A DNA stretch of 248,000 bases from Wallemia ichthyophaga EXF-994 (GCF_000400465.1 NW_008806276.1:20001-268000), one strand, 5' to 3'; positions 229,440-245,720 are shown, counted from the first letter of the stretch. The notes: a model not told the origin generated them from the letters alone. Numbers and translations: made by a program.

Positions 229440-231951
229440 TGATTGATAAAACTTAGCTTGCACCGAAGTGAGTTATTGCGCACGATAAAAGGTTTATCGT
229501 TAAATGACGCCATTTCAGTGCCACAGAAGAAAACAGAAATGCGATCGCAAGTGTGTACTGATATATTTCACCCCCACTTTGACTGATTTCGATATAAGAA
229601 CGCCATGCAGCCACTGCGCCCAGCGGAAAGTGCCGTGCGTGCCTTTCCAACCAGGCCACGATAACGATGTTCATAGTCGTTTGGTTAGAATCGAAGGGCT
229701 CGTCGAGAGTTTGATGCCGCTTCTCCAAACAGATACATCAGGCAGCACCTCAGAACCACCAAGCAAGAGACGCAAGGCGATGAGCACAGCTACTTCGGGT
229801 GATGATGATGACGAGGAGAGGGACGATCTGGCCAACGTCGGTATCGGTCCCGCTGCTTCAGGCACTCTGCTCAATAACGGCAATTGGTATGGCCCATCGA
229901 GCCTGAACGTGTCTGAAATAGCGCATGATCTCGCTGACAAAGTTGGCGGAGACACCACTACAGACTTCAAGAACCCTGCTCATAGTCCAATTGCTGTTGA
230001 TGATCAACTCAGTATCGTCATTCAGGAGTTCGGGATGAGCCCGTCTAAAGTCGACACGCTTGTGGACGAACTTCCGCCGAAACAGTTTGCAGATAAACTC
230101 GTTGACTCTTTCTTCGCGCACATTAACTGGACAAGGTATCCGATACATGAACAGAGCTTTAGAAACGCTTATGAGTCCACATACAAGAAGCGCAGGAGTT
230201 TGGAGGCTAAGGATTTCAAGAACCTTCCTCTCGTGTTTATCGTTCTCGCAACCACGCTTAGATTCGCTCCGAATGAAGAGATTGCAGTTGAGGCTGGCAG
230301 CGGTTTATCTGAAGCGGAGAGACGTAGCTGGGCGCTTAGATTGTATTGGAGCAGTAAGCCCAACTATTACTGCGCACACAACAAAACACCAGCTAACACC
230401 TTCTCAGCTCGCAGATGTTCACTTCTTGTGTCCGCAGTGCAGGGAGATTGCACAGAGATGGTCATCTCGAGGCTTCTGAGCACCCGTCTGCTCATCAACG
230501 AGAGAAGACTGACAGAATCATGGTCGCAGCTCGGAAGCGCGATTAGAACTGCTCAGAGTCTAGGCATGCACAGAGACGGAAGCAAGCTCGGGCTGAGCTG
230601 TTACGAGACAGAGTATCGCAGGAGGATTTGGAGCTATCTTCAGCATGCAGACAATACCTTAGCTCTGATATTGGGCAGGCCTCCATCGATTATCCCGGCA
230701 TACTGCGACACTCTCCCGCCATCTAACATTGATGACAACGATTTTCAGAGCACATCAGTGGATACAAGCCCACCGCTACCAAAACCACTCAATATACCTA
230801 CGCTGATGACGGCTCATGTGCTGCGCCACTCGTTCGTGCAGATAGTAGCTCGGTGCAACGAGCACTTTTCGAACCTGCGCGCACCGTCGAGCTACTCAAA
230901 TGTGTTAAGACTAGATGCAGAGATAGGCGAATTTATCGCAAGATTGCCGCCTGTGTTTAGATTTGAGGATCCAGACACATCGGTGGATAGCCAAATGCCA
231001 TGGTTGCCGACACATCGCTTCCTGCTCGCAGTGGAATGCTACTTTACTAAGATAAGTCTGCATAGACCATGGGTGCTTCGCAAACTTAACAGCACGAGGT
231101 ATGCACCATCAAGGAGGGCTTGCTTCGAGTCGGCGAAACTCGACTTTTTTGCTAGAGAGAGATTCAGGAAGGAGACAAATAAGTCGCTCGGTAGATTCGG
231201 TGGTGGACAGTATAGAATATTTAACTCCACACTCATCTCAGCGATAGCATTGATTTTGGAGCCGTTCGGGAAGGACTCCGCACAGCACAAACACATACTC
231301 GACTCGTTCCTTGCTGAGAGGCAAGACAAGACGGTGACGCTACCATGGGATGAGGCTATGGTTAATGAGATGCGCATCATACAGCTGTTCAGAAACAAGG
231401 CACAGGAGCTGCGTCAGTCGAGAGCGGCGGCGACTAGCAGTAGTGGGAGAGGCGCAAAGGGAAGGGTGAATGGGGAAGAAGTAGATGGATTCGATGACAC
231501 TACAGCAGATAAGGACCCATCACTGAGGTTCGCGCAGCCAAACGCTAATTCGAATGCCAATCTATTGATGGGTATGTCCAATTCGTCATTCGCCGAAGCG
231601 AGCGCACCGAGCTACCAGAGTGTGGTTTCAGGAAGTGACAATGTAGATGCGCAATGGCAATGGAATAGTGGTGGGGGAGGTGCTGGTGCCGGTGCTTCCA
231701 CTTCTGCTGCTACATCAGCAAACCACCTCCAGCCACCGTCAATTGACGTAAACGGGAATAATTGGACATTGAACGACGCACCGGCGGATACTATTGCTAT
231801 GCTGCTCGGATTAGGTGTGCCTGACATGATGCCCTTAAGTGGATCACTTGATAACTCGGTAAGCGGTGTACCGACGAGCTCTGCACAGCCGGCGCCGGAC
231901 GAGTCAGCAGACTATTGGCACAAGCTAATATCATCGCTGAATGAAAACTGA
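229440..231951 (+). CDS. Zn(II)2Cys6 fungal transcription factor (5' end approximate)
   Basis: CHRRKQKCDR..PCSHC; AIRTAQSLGMHRDG, RRRIW. Confidence 0.87.
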
Positions 231952-232534
231952 AAAATGAAAATATTTACTTTTAATTGCGCATAGCCCTGTGATTAGCGTG
232001 TGTATCGGGAGTATATTTAGATTTAGTGTGTGCGATTAAGTGGAGGTAATTAATAGAATGGAGGTATTTGCATAGCGTTGTGTCACATGCTTTATTACAC
232101 GCTGTCTCGTTCTAAATTTAACGGCCGACGAGACAATTTGACACGGAGCGCTCGCCGGTGACCGGCTAACGGATATCAAAAGCTGTGCAAAGTGCACGGA
232201 GAAAGGTTTTATAGAATTTCAGACAACATTCGGCGTGATTCAGATTTGTTTTGTCGCAGATGTTTGTCTCTGATGCATAATAGGGCGGCGCCAGAATTAA
232301 AGGTGAGCAAAATTTGCACAATTATGAACGGAAGCTGCGGAAATGAGGTGAAGAGAGCGGGACAATGTGTAAAGTGGCGCTCACATACCGCATCTTAGTG
232401 CATAGCCACGAATTTTTTGCAAATACCGAGCTAACCTGTGCTAAGAGTGATCTCAGCGGACGTGCGGGGAAGCTTTAAATAGCTCCGAGGCCCTTGAACT
232501 TGAACTACCAACCAATTCTTTCCTTGCAATTACA

Positions 232535-233353
232535 ATGAAGTTAAACCTCGCCATCGCTGCCTCAATCCTCGGCTTTGCTGCTGCTGCACCAGCTGAGCGC
232601 CAAACTCAAGGCGTCGTAAACAGCTGCTACAAGCCAGACTCAATGGCTATCACCTACGACGACGGTCCATACCAATGGGACTACAACGTTAACAGCCAAT
232701 TCAACGCCGTCGGCGGTAAAACTACTTACTTTGTCAACGGTAACAACTGGAGCTGTATATACTCGGAGGAGAACGTGAGCCGTCTCCGTGCCCTTCACGA
232801 GAACGGCCACCAAATCGCTTCTCACACTTGGTATGTCTTTGAAGTTTTTCAATCTATCAGACACCTCTGACAGCTTGGCAGGGGACACGTCCACCTTCCT
232901 CAACTCACCAACGAACAAATCGATCAGCAAGTTCAACTCGTTGAAGACGCTTTATGGAAGATCATTGGTGTCGTTCCAAAGTTCATCCGCCCACCATACG
233001 GTGAAGTTGATGACAGAGTTGTACAGCACCTCCAAGACAGATGGGGCTTGACTGTTGTCAACTGGTCAGAAGACTCGAGAGACGCTCTCGGTGCATCTGA
233101 CCAAGAAATCTTGGACCTCTACGACGGCTTTGCTTCCGACACAAGTCAATCACACATTGTCTTGAACCATGCCGTTCACGAACCAGCCAGCCACTTGCCA
233201 CAAGTCTACGTCCCTGAAATGCAAAACGCTGGTTACTCACTCGACACTGTTGCTCAATGCCTCTACCAAGAGCCATACAAGGTTACCGGTGGTTACTCAC
233301 AAAGAGACGCCTCATGGACTTGTGAGGGCCTTCCAGCTCCAGGTGAAGCATAA
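232535..233353 (+). CDS. CE4 polysaccharide (chitin) deacetylase, secreted
   Basis: Signal peptide, TYDDGP, HQIASHTW.H, FIRPPYG. Confidence 0.9.
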
Positions 233354-233579
233354 GATGCTTAAATCAGCTCCTTATCAATGATGGCACGACATTACAACTA
233401 ACTTCATTACACTTTTAATAGACATTTTCGACTATTCCATTCCTTAAGTAAATGGATTACCTTTGGACTTCTTTTATATTTTACACCTCTATCTTTCTAA
233501 TTGAACACATCAAGACACTCATTGATAACATCAGTCTTTGAAAAACGAACATTGTCAATCAATCGAATAATGCATAGTA

Positions 233580-234865
233580 TCACACTAGTTTGGTTGTTTG
233601 AATTTGGTATGTGTGAGTGTACGTGCTCGTGTACTTGTTATGAGTGTTGCAAGTATGTAAGCATTGCTGGCAAACCAAAACAAACTTGCTATCCACAGAG
233701 GTATAAACAGAGGCTGGCCGAGGAACTCCAACCTATATGCGATAGAAAGCCACACAGCCTGTGAAGTAAGCCACAATATCGGCAAAACCACTTTTTGCTT
233801 CGTGCAGAGATTCAACGATGGCAGAACGACAGGCAAGAGCCAAATGTACCAGAGGAAGTACTATTGGGATGAGTTTTGTGAGTGTGCGTTCATGCGTTAC
233901 TTACCTGCGATGTACAAACCCTGTTGAAAGTGACAAACGCGTACGTCTGCAAAAACCAAGCGAGTGGGAGATCCACTCCGCCGTACACAACACCTAATCC
234001 AAGTGATAGGATGAGTTGCGGTACGAGTGAGAGGACTGGATTGGAGAAGAGTGAGACCGTGTCTGGTTGAACGTCGTAATTGAGGTAGGTGGGGTAGAAG
234101 TAGGGCGTGAAGTTGTGTCGGTGGTCCTTCCTCCCCACGTGGTAGAGGTAGGTCGATTCCACAAACTGCATGCCGTATCTAGAGGGAGTCTGAGAGTGAA
234201 ACCTTGTGTGATCACCCAAACTAAACCTACATCCTGTACATGGCCACATTCACAGCTGCAAAGACGCCCAAACTGATAGCCGAGAAAGAGGCCATCCGCG
234301 TAAACGACCTCGTCTTAGACCACATGTGAGCGAGTATCGAAGGTGCGTATATGAAAGGGTATATCTTATAATGAACGCTGAGTGCCATGAATACTGCGCT
234401 GAGCGTGTACTGCTCATGCAGGAGCAAATCGAGTGTGGACATGACAAGTACGCCTATGAGGGATTCCGGGGAGCCTCTGGTGGAAATAGAAATAACGACT
234501 GGGTTTAGTGTCCACAAGAGGTGAGATACATAGCCTCCTCTGCGACCGACGCGCAGTTTCCGCTGAATCCTATCCACACTCACACCAATTGCCAGATCTG
234601 CCAACGAGAAGAGAATTTTACCGAAATTCTCGTCGAGTGTTATATTCGGAAGGAGCATCCACGATAGCAGCGGCGTGTATCTGTACGTCCTCCGCTCGTA
234701 TGGTGACTGCCCACCGTGGACTAACTCAGCAGCTTCGCTCACTACGCGATAATCAACATCTGTGTATGTAGGACCACCGTTTGTGCGCGCTATACCATCG
234801 TAATAGCTCGAATATGCAATCAAAACAGCTCTAATGGCGAGTCCAGTAAGCAGGATCCAAGTCAT
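233580..234865 (-). CDS. GPI14: GPI mannosyltransferase I (PIG-M)
   Basis: YTDVDY, YRYTPLL, ISTRGSPES, HYKIYP, FNRVCTSQ. Confidence 0.92.
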
Positions 234866-234908
234866 GATGAAATTAAGTCAACTTGATTAAATTAGTTAAA
234901 TCGATAAA

Positions 234909-236542
<1,634 letters not shown>

Positions 236543-236614
236543 CAGAAGGTGGTGGTGATGCAACAAGACAGGAGACATGTAAAATGTTGTAATTGCTTAC
236601 AAATTTGGATACCA

Positions 236615-237341
236615 CTACAATCTGCTTACAAAGTCTCTATTTTCCATCCAATCCAGGCTGTTATTCGAGAGGTGGTTGTCGAGATCATTCAAGTAATCAA
236701 CTAGTGTCTTGATTTTGGCTGTGTCGACGTTGGCGACGGGGAGAGTAACCTTGGAGAGCGACTGGGAATTAGTTGCTTTGAATGAATGTAGGGTGTAGCC
236801 TTTCCATTGCTTGTCCTCAGTGCTTCCACCGACAGCTACACCGACTACGTGCTTGCTATTACCAGCATTCATCTTAATTCTGTTTAGTATTTGTATTCCA
236901 GTTGAGCTCAGCGTTGGATTCTGTTCCAAAATCTCGGACGCCTCGTACATGCCCACCAAATCCATACCTTTGGAGCGTGCGTGGGTGTGTATCTGTGAAT
237001 TTGTAAGTGGACTGCCTATATTGCCTGTACTACAAGTACCATTTCCAGTCCCATTTCCATCACCACTGAGAGCGTGTTCCAGAGGTGCTGCACCGGTACA
237101 GCGTCTTGTGGGAGTGTTAATAGACCTTCAGCACTGCTACGCAAACGATAACACACCAATAATCTCCACCTCATTCGCCTCTATCCTTCCTATCAAAACC
237201 CCATTAATAGCGGCTTCTGGGTATTTGGCTGCCAGTGGTTGTACGTGAGTTCTGTACACTGTTAATACGCCTAAACACACCAGCATGCGCAATAATCTTT
237301 GAATGTACGCGAGTGTTTATGCTGCTCATGCTCATGCTCAT
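236615..237341 (-). CDS. ER membrane complex subunit 8/9 (UPF0172, MPN-like)
   Basis: SKIIAHAAKYPEAAINGVLIG, YLNDLDNHL..DW. Confidence 0.78.
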
Positions 237342-237385
237342 GCTGAAAGTAAAGGAAATCAATATTCAAGCCATTTAAAGTAATT

Positions 237386-238050
237386 TTAGTAATGTAATCT
237401 GTGCGTGAAGCATTGGTAGCCATTTGGATTGTTGATCAGGTACTTCTGGTGATAATCCTCTGCCTTCCACCACTTGAATTTGTTTACTGGGTTGATTTGC
237501 GTGGCGATTGTGGAGCCATTTGGTGTAAAGTGAGCTTGCTGGACTTGCTCTCTAACTGAATCAGCGACATTCTTCTGCTCCTCGGAAGTTGGGAAGAGTG
237601 CCGTGCGATACTGTGTACCGACGTCAGCGCCTTGGCGATCAACTTGAGTTGGATCGTGAGTGCGGAAGAAGAAATCGAGGAGCTCCTCGTAGCTCGCATT
237701 GCGCTTGTCCCAAGTCAACGACAAGGCTTCTGCGTGTCCAGTTGTACCCGTACAAACAAGTCTGTAAGAAGGATCGTTGCCTGCTCTGTGATTAGAGAAT
237801 ATGGAGTGTGCGTATAGCTAACCCACCAACGCCTGCATCGTCACCGCCAATAAATCCAACCTCTGCGCTTATTATGGAATCCTTGAAATATTTCCTAAAA
237901 AGCTCCTCCGTGCTGTAGCTGGTGTCAGTACCACCGGTAGATGACCGATAAGAGGAAATTACCCCCAAAAGCAGCCATTTGCGAATATCGAAGTTTCTGG
238001 TTGCGGATCTGGGAGCTGTTTGATCTTGTTCTCCCTCATTTCTGCAGCAT
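237386..238050 (-). CDS. MXR1: Peptide methionine sulfoxide reductase MsrA
   Basis: GCFWG, HDPTQVDRQGADVGTQYR, AEDYHQKYL. Confidence 0.92.
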
Positions 238051-238212
238051 CTCTAGCAAGCTTGATTGTTGGCTGTATCTTTGTGACCATTGTGTGGCTG
238101 TGGCTGTTGTGTGGATTAGGTACAGCACCACGGAAACAACAAATCTCCCACTTCTTCCCGAGTGATTTGAATAAGTTAAGAATATTGATGATGGTTGTTT
238201 GTAACGGTCAAG

Positions 238213-238636
238213 ATGCAGACACAGAATGTTCGCCGTAAAACACAAATGAAGGGTCAATTTACCAAAGAGTGTGAGTGGTGTGGTGTTAGAATGTAAATAT
238301 CCCCCTAACGCGCCTTATGCCTAAGTACGCCCACTAATGTACTCATTCGGCGACGACGTCAATCCAGATCCAGAAGCAACAAACGTGTTGGAGGAGATAT
238401 TGATTGACTTTATAATGGAAATATGCTACAAATCGCAAAAGGCGAGTGGAAATCGCGGTAAAATAAAGATCGAAGACATCAAGTTCGTACTGCGTAACGA
238501 CACCAAGAAGCTGAATAGAGTTGAGGAGTTGCTGTACATGCAAGAGGATATAAAGAGGGCAAGAGCTGCTTTCAATGAAGGTGACATCATCCAAGATGCT
238601 GTAAAGGCTAATGGCAACAAGAAGCCTGCTACTTGA
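238213..238636 (+). CDS. TAF13: TFIID subunit Taf13
   Basis: MYSFGD, LEEILIDFI, KIEDIKFVLRND.KKL.RVEELL. Confidence 0.88.
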
Positions 238637-238864
238637 TGGATTTCTGATTGAATATTTGAATTACCTCAGCTGCCTTCCCTGTCCACTCGCACTCGCACTC
238701 GCCGCTCGAAACGCAATTCCCGCACAACTCACCAGCCAAATAATGAAATTTGTAAAAGAAATTCTTGAAATTTTTCTCTCATCTGGAGGACTCCTTGACG
238801 CTGCGAATATTGAGCGTAAATTTGGCAGTGTCATTGATATCGCGTCGTTGTACTTGAACACCCA

Positions 238865-241749
238865 ATGGACACCTCCCTAAACATATCAAATATAAATCGA
238901 TCAACTGTGAATTTAATCTCTGAAATCATAGACTCTGTTCCACGCGGTTCTCACTCTTTTCTCTCGTTATTCAATGCTTATAATCAAGTACTCGACGCGC
239001 ACGGAATTGATCAAAACGATGAAGTGGAATTGTATGATTTGCTATTGAAATTGGGTGTCGTTAGAGGACGCGATTGGTTTGAAAGGTGGCAAGCTATTGT
239101 GAATTCTGAGTATTCCGAGTATTCTGAGTTTTCTATTCATAATAGTCATAATATCCATAATAATCGCGATACTGTGTTTTTAGACCATAGCAGCTCACCC
239201 ACTTTATCCAATTCCTCTCATTCTCACTCTTCTCACTCTCATTCCACTTCCACTGCTGCACTGGCTGCTGATGCTAGACAAACTGACAAGGAATACCCTC
239301 CAATCCAATATGAGCACTCGTCTCATCGCTCACCTCAAACACTCCATGCACGCGCAATGGCTAGTGTTCACGCTCAGACTAATCGCGTTCGTCAGTCTCA
239401 ACTAGCACAGAGACGCCAAGAACATCAGCACCACCAACGCGCTCAACTTGCTCGCAAAAGGGAGCTCGACGAAGCGAGACAGCGAGCGGATGAAAATAAA
239501 GTCCTTAGAGAAATGGAAAGCGCTGCTGATGCTTTGCATAATCAAAACATTCTAACACGCACTTTCAACGCTTGGTTTGGACTGTTTAGGTGGATTCACG
239601 AGAGTAATGTGAAAGTAGAAACGGTACAACAATCTCGCATTCTCAGTACCTTCTTTCATAAATGGCAGTATGCACTCAACAGTCATGTCTTTGCTGCCAC
239701 CCACGTTGCAGTGTCGCACGACAATACCAGAATAACAAACGATACCCTCAAACTATGGAAAATTCGTCTAAGACACAGACTTCGCCACAGAAAGGAAAAT
239801 AGATTGCGCACGACATACGTAACTATACGTAAGGGTATTGCGAAGAGATTGATGGAAAAGGCTTGGCAGCTATGGCGGCAAGCAACCGATACGAGGAGGG
239901 CAGATATGAGGTATTCGTATGCGACAATGAGCGCGCATTTCAAGCAATGGAAGCAACGCACCATACAAGTACTCGAGAAGGACAGTCTTGTTGTTGAATT
240001 GGCTACTATTGCGAACGAGAGACGAGCAGCGAGGTTTTTGAATCGCTGGAAACAACGTTGCATTCTCCAAACCCGAGAAAGACAATATGAGGAGAGATGG
240101 CGGGGAGATGCGACGCGCACATACTTTGATGCGTGGAAATACAGAACTGATACCAATAAAGCAGCCGCAGCATGGCGAGATGCATCTGCAGTGCGCACTG
240201 CTTTCTACGCCTGGCAGCGGAAATTGTACACGGTACAGAAATTCACTGCTCTGGCTGATACCTTCTCGCAAGATAGACACGAAGCAATCAGGAGACAGAC
240301 TATACACCAGTGGCAACTCTCGCTCAAGTGCTTCACTTTCCACCTCTCACATATGCACACGCTCGGCCAGCTCGTCCTGCAGTACTGGTACAGCAAAATG
240401 CAAGATGTTCAGGAAAGAGAATTGGTGGCTGAAGAGTACCATTTCGTGCACATCCGGGAGTTGGGTGTAGGTCTGTTCGACAGGTGGAAGTCAAGATGGG
240501 GTGAGGTGCGCGTTAGGAATGGGCTGGCTGTCGAATTCAGGCAAGTGAACAGCCAGCATGTTGCATTGAAAAAGTGGATGCGTAACTACCAGCATAAACG
240601 GATGATGAACAGACGTGGATATGTGCTGCGACGGATGATCCAGAAGAAAAATGCTTTCTATGGATGGAGAATGGCTCTCAGTCGGAAGAGACAGGAAGAG
240701 TGGATAGGCAGACGCGAGCTGACTGTCAAGAAAGACAGCTGGAATGGTGGGTGGTGTGTTGCACCGAAAAACACTCCTGACACATCTACCCAGTGTGGAG
240801 AAACAGATTTGGCGTTCTATGTGACCTCAGAGCTCGAGAAGACCTTTTCAAAGCTGAGCGCACGCACAAGACACTCACATCGGCTGTGCTCCAGAAGTGG
240901 CTTCAGAGGACTATTGACAGCCGCGACGTGATGTATTCTGCCGACATGCTGCACGAGCGGAAGAGAAAGAAGTGGGTGTACTTCCTCTAGCTTTTTAGAA
241001 TTGGTGAGGAGATTCTGTGTGCATTCTAACACAAACCCAGGTCTGTTATGCAGCAGTGGCGAGCCAAGAACACAGCCGTGCAGGGTCTGCACAGCGCCGG
241101 TGCGGCGTACCGGGAGGCGAAAGAAGAGAGTGAGTGGAGTGTTAGAGGGGAGCGAGGAGAGCACAGTCTAACGCAGCGCCCAACAGACACCCGTCGCGGC
241201 ATGCTGGCGAGATGGCAGCGTCGAACGCAGTTGGGAGTGGAACAGAGCAGAAAGTGTGAGCAATTCCTCTCACGACGCTTAACGCGCACGAAACGCACAG
241301 CATTCGAGGCGTGGTACGACCAGATAAAGACACTAGAACTGGAAGCGGTAGAGACGGAGATGCTGATACTGCGTCGGGAGCGGATGCTGCATGCGGGACT
241401 AGCGCGGTGGATGAGCGTTTGTGCTGCACTACCTGCTGTGCGTCATTACAATACCTCTCTCAAGACGCGCACATTGCGCTTGTGGAATGCCCAGCTGCCA
241501 TCGGCACGTAATGCTCGGCTAGCTGCTCATATCAGTCGCAGAGAGTCGCTCACCAAGTGGCTCGGCATGTGGAGAGATAACGTACAGATTAAACGCTCCA
241601 GACGCGCCATTGCACGCGCTAGGACTCTCGGGAAAAGGCCATCGGCGAGTAGACTGAAACAGGCGGCGGCGAGAGCGGAAGCGAGCGCGACACCGTCGCC
241701 TGAGCTGGGAATACGGAGGCCGTTTAGCAGAGTAAATCGAGTGTATTGA
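238865..241749 (+). CDS. SFI1: Spindle pole body protein Sfi1
   Basis: Periodic Trp repeats (F..W..) of about 23-33 aa; multi-exon. Confidence 0.75.
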
Positions 241750-242058
241750 AATAGTGAAATAAAAATTCATGTCCTTTTTCTCTGGTTTCTGAACCGAGAA
241801 GACTTTCTTCAGCTCGGCCATCACATAATTGCACAGCGCGAAAATGGCTGTGGAGTTCTGAATGTCCGGCAGAGTGACAGCGTCAATTAGAGCAGGCGCG
241901 GTATTTTAGATTGCCGCATCTGTGTCAAATGACGCATAAATTTGTTTTGTAAGATAAACTTTAAAGGATGTATGAGCCTTGTATGTGGTATAAAAACAGC
242001 CACATAGCCCCAAACACACACAAACTGCACGAATCACGCGTGTTTACCGCCTTCTTCC

Positions 242059-243279
242059 ATGTTCATAGCTTCGAGACACCTTCCACCGATAAAACCGGGT
242101 CGAATTCCCTCGATAGAGGATTTGGAGCGGGTAATTAACAGCCTCAGGGCTATATACACGTCGACAGTGGCAGGGATAAAGGTATCCAACCCGACACAAG
242201 GCGTGGATGGGTGGTCGTCGATACATGCCAACGACGATGGCGAGAATGTCTACGCATCGGACACGCGTGTGCAGTACGCGGCGGAGAACGAAGACGACAG
242301 CTTCGAGAGGAAGTGGTCGAGCAACTGGCTGACGCGATTGATAGCCCTAAGCGAGGAGTGGCTGGGTGAGGTTGAAGCGGGAGAGGGAGACGAGACGACG
242401 GAGGCTTACAGAGAGAGAGAGAGAGTCGTAGAAATGGCTGCAGCGGCTCTGGCGTGTGTTGCGGGCATGTCTGGTGAGTTGATGTATTCTTGCATATTGC
242501 AAATTGCATTTGAAAAAGCAACAAGGCTAACGCGCTTACTCTACACTCGTTAACCTACAGCCGCTGGTCCCATCGATCGCACATTCAATTTCATCGGCCG
242601 GGATGCCACACCATTCGAGATAGTGATGCACGACAACACAGTCAACGGCCACGAGGATGTCGGCGCTCAGACTTGGGGAGCCGCCGTGCACCTGTCGCGG
242701 CTGGTATGTCGCTACCCTGACCATTTCGGCGTGCGCGACGGGAGTCGTTTGCTGGAAGTAGGTGCGGGTACGGGATTGGTGGGAATTGCGTGCGCGCAAA
242801 TGGCGTCGCAGCTGGATTACAAGCGTACACAAGTCGTTCTAAGCGACTACCTAAGCGACATAATAGCGAATCTGCGCAGGAATGTCCAAGTGAATCGCAC
242901 AAGCACACCTACACACGTTACACATCTCGATTGGAATAGCAGTGATAGTGAGAGTGCGTTAGGCACGTTCGATACAATGTTCGGTGCAGATGTCTGCTAC
243001 GACCTCAGCCACGCTTACATGCTGCACAACGCAGCTGCTCAGCTGCTGTCGAAGCAGGGCACTTTCCACGTCCTCATCGCTCTCCGTAAGACACATGTAG
243101 GGATGAAGGAGAGCGTCGAGGATGCTTTCAGCGGTCGGTTCATTCAACCAGACGGGGATGCGTTGTGTATAGACAATACAGACCTCTTTGATGTGGAGAA
243201 AGGTCTCGGCAGAGCTGATGAGCTTGGTTACGCTCGTTTCGAGATAAAGTGGAAATCGCAAATTTCTACCTCAACCTGA
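242059..243279 (+). CDS. Protein-lysine methyltransferase (Efm2-like, family 16)
   Basis: VGAQTWG, LEVGAGTGLVG, LDW, GADVCY. Confidence 0.8.
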
Positions 243280-243419
243280 AAACAACAGCTGCGGTAACGC
243301 GAGCAGCGCGATGTATGCTACTATAGACACACCATGTAGACCACCTCTTTAAATTTATGTTTGTGAAAGTTTTTACAATTTGCGCTGTTTACCGCCTTCT
243401 TTCAACACCTCCAGCTTGA

Positions 243420-244608
243420 TGTCATCGGCAGCTAGAAATCTCGCGACAAAGACGCTCCGTGGGTGTAGATAGCGTGTAGGATGCCCAGCTAACACCGCAC
243501 AGGCTTCGGGATGCTCCCGGCGGATGGAATCGGCCATGAAGTGCTTCCTGTAGGCGGAGAAGGAGAGGGAAGGAAAGAAGCGTGCTGACACAACCTTCAG
243601 CCAGCACAGAGAGTGCTTGAGGAGCTTTCATCGAGGAAAACCCTCCCTAAGCTCGAGTTCATCCCGCTCAACGCAGGATTCGAGTATTTCAGAAGAGCAG
243701 GCGTTGCACTGCCGGATGAGACGATAGAGGTAATGAAAAACGACGTCGACGGCGCTATCTTTGGCAGTGTATCGAGCCCATCGCACAAGGTAACGGGTTA
243801 CTCGTCACCAATCGTCGCATTGCGCAAGCACCTCGACTTGTACGCCAACATCAGACCAGTGTCGACCGTGGATGGGAAAGTAGACATGGTGACAGTGAGA
243901 GAGAACACGGAGTGTCTTTATATCAAGAAAGAGGAGCTGGACACGCTGGGTGACGGGTCAAAGGTGGCTAGAGCTACCCGCCAAATAACCCAGAATGCGT
244001 CTGAAAGGATCGGGAAGCTTGCTTTCGAGATAGCGTTGAAGAGGGACAAGGTCAGACAGTCACAGTCGCAGTGTAGCTCACCTCACACAGAGCCAAGCGT
244101 CTGGTCGATACACAAATCCAACGTATTGAGCGTTACGGATGGATTGTTCAGGGAGTCGATCAAGGCGGCCCACAAGTCTGATGAGAGGTTTAGCAAGGTG
244201 AAGCTGGTTGAGCAGCTGGTCGATTCATTCGTTTATAGAATGTTCAGGGAGCCACAGCTGTTCGATGTCTGTGTTGCGCCTAATCTCTACGGAGACATTA
244301 TATCAGATGGGGCAGCAGCACTGGTTGGGAGTCTCGGAGTCGTGCCATCGATAAACGCGAATGATACGTTTGCAATGGCAGAACCCGTGCACGGATCAGC
244401 ACCGGACATTGCAGGGAAGAATATCGCGAACCCAATAGCATCGATTAGATCAGCAGCGCTTATGATCGAGCATATGGGGTACTCGGAGGCAGCAGCAGGG
244501 ATTTACAGAGCAGTGGATGAGGTTTTGAAGGGGGACAAGGTGACACCGGATCTGGGTGGCAAGGCAACGACGACGGATGTGGAAGAGGCGGTGCTTAGAG
244601 CGTTGTAA
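243420..244608 (+). CDS. LYS12: Homoisocitrate dehydrogenase
   Basis: PADGIG, YSSPIVALRK.LDLYANIRP, VRENTE, NLYGDI.SD, EPVHGSAPDI. Confidence 0.88.
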
Positions 244609-245075
244609 GGGAATAAATGTGTTTATCGGGCTCAACCGAGGAAAGAAATAGCGCAAAAGTGGAGGAGAAGCGAGGCAAAGACAAAGTCAGCGAATGATCT
244701 TGAGAGGGAGTTAAATGGTTAAATGGAACAACGCGTAACCCACCTCTCTGGGGATATTTGAGTGAAATGATGTGCGTTGGATGGATTTGATTGGATTCTG
244801 AGGTTCACGGTGAGGATGAACTGTCCAACCTTTGAAATGAAGCTGAGTGATTGTGAGGTGCTTTCGCCGTATAAAATCCCAACTCACCTTCCCAAGAAGG
244901 CGTTGTACGGTGTGTTATCGATACACAGCGCATAGACGAATTCCAAGACAGCGGAAAGGCATAACACGAGTAAGAAGGAATCCAATAGCTTGTATTGGCT
245001 CGGCGTTTTGTTGTTGTAGCTGTGCAGTAAATTACCAATTATACTCGTCATGGCGGTTCCTCACCAACACCCAAC

Positions 245076-245720
245076 ATGAATATCGTTGTCTTAATCTCTG
245101 GCTCTGGTTCAAATTTACAAGCGATTCTCGATTCTCTGCCGCATCAGCATTCTTCTACGCCGCTAGGAACTCCCGCTCATCTCCACTTGCCTCCTTCTGT
245201 AAACGTTAAGGCGGTAATATCAAACAAGTCAAATGTATTTGGTTTAGAAAGGGCTAAACGCTGTGATCCTCCTATCCCCACCCAAGTCCTCGCCCTCAAA
245301 ACATTCCTCAATCGAAACCCAGGTTCAAGTAGACAAGACTGGGAAATTGAACTCAGTAACATGGTAAACTCACACAAACCTGACCTCATCGTCTTGGCTG
245401 GCTTCATGATGATCCTTTCCCCTGCTTTCCTCAACAATATCCACCAAAAACCAATCATTAACCTCCATCCTGCCCTTCCCGGGGCCTTTGACGGTGCACA
245501 CGCAATTGAGAGGGCTTACGATGCCTTCAAACAAGGTCACATATCCAAAACTGGCTGCATGGTCCACTACGTCATCCCCCAAGTCGACCGTGGTGAGCCT
245601 ATTGTCGTTGCAGACGTGGACATACACAAACAAGACACGCTTGAATCTATGGAAAACAGAATACACGAGACTGAATGGCGGATTATCATTCAAGCCGTGA
245701 AAAAAGTTTTGAATGTCTAG
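245076..245720 (+). CDS. ADE8: Phosphoribosylglycinamide formyltransferase
   Basis: LISGSGSNLQA, VLAGFM, NLHPALP, HYV..VDRG. Confidence 0.93.
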   Translation: MNIVVLISGSGSNLQAILDSLPHQHSSTPLGTPAHLHLPPSVNVKAVISNKSNVFGLERAKRCDPPIPTQVLALKTFLNRNPGSSRQDWEIELSNMVNSHKPDLIVLAGFMMILSPAFLNNIHQKPIINLHPALPGAFDGAHAIERAYDAFKQGHISKTGCMVHYVIPQVDRGEPIVVADVDIHKQDTLESMENRIHETEWRIIIQAVKKVLNV

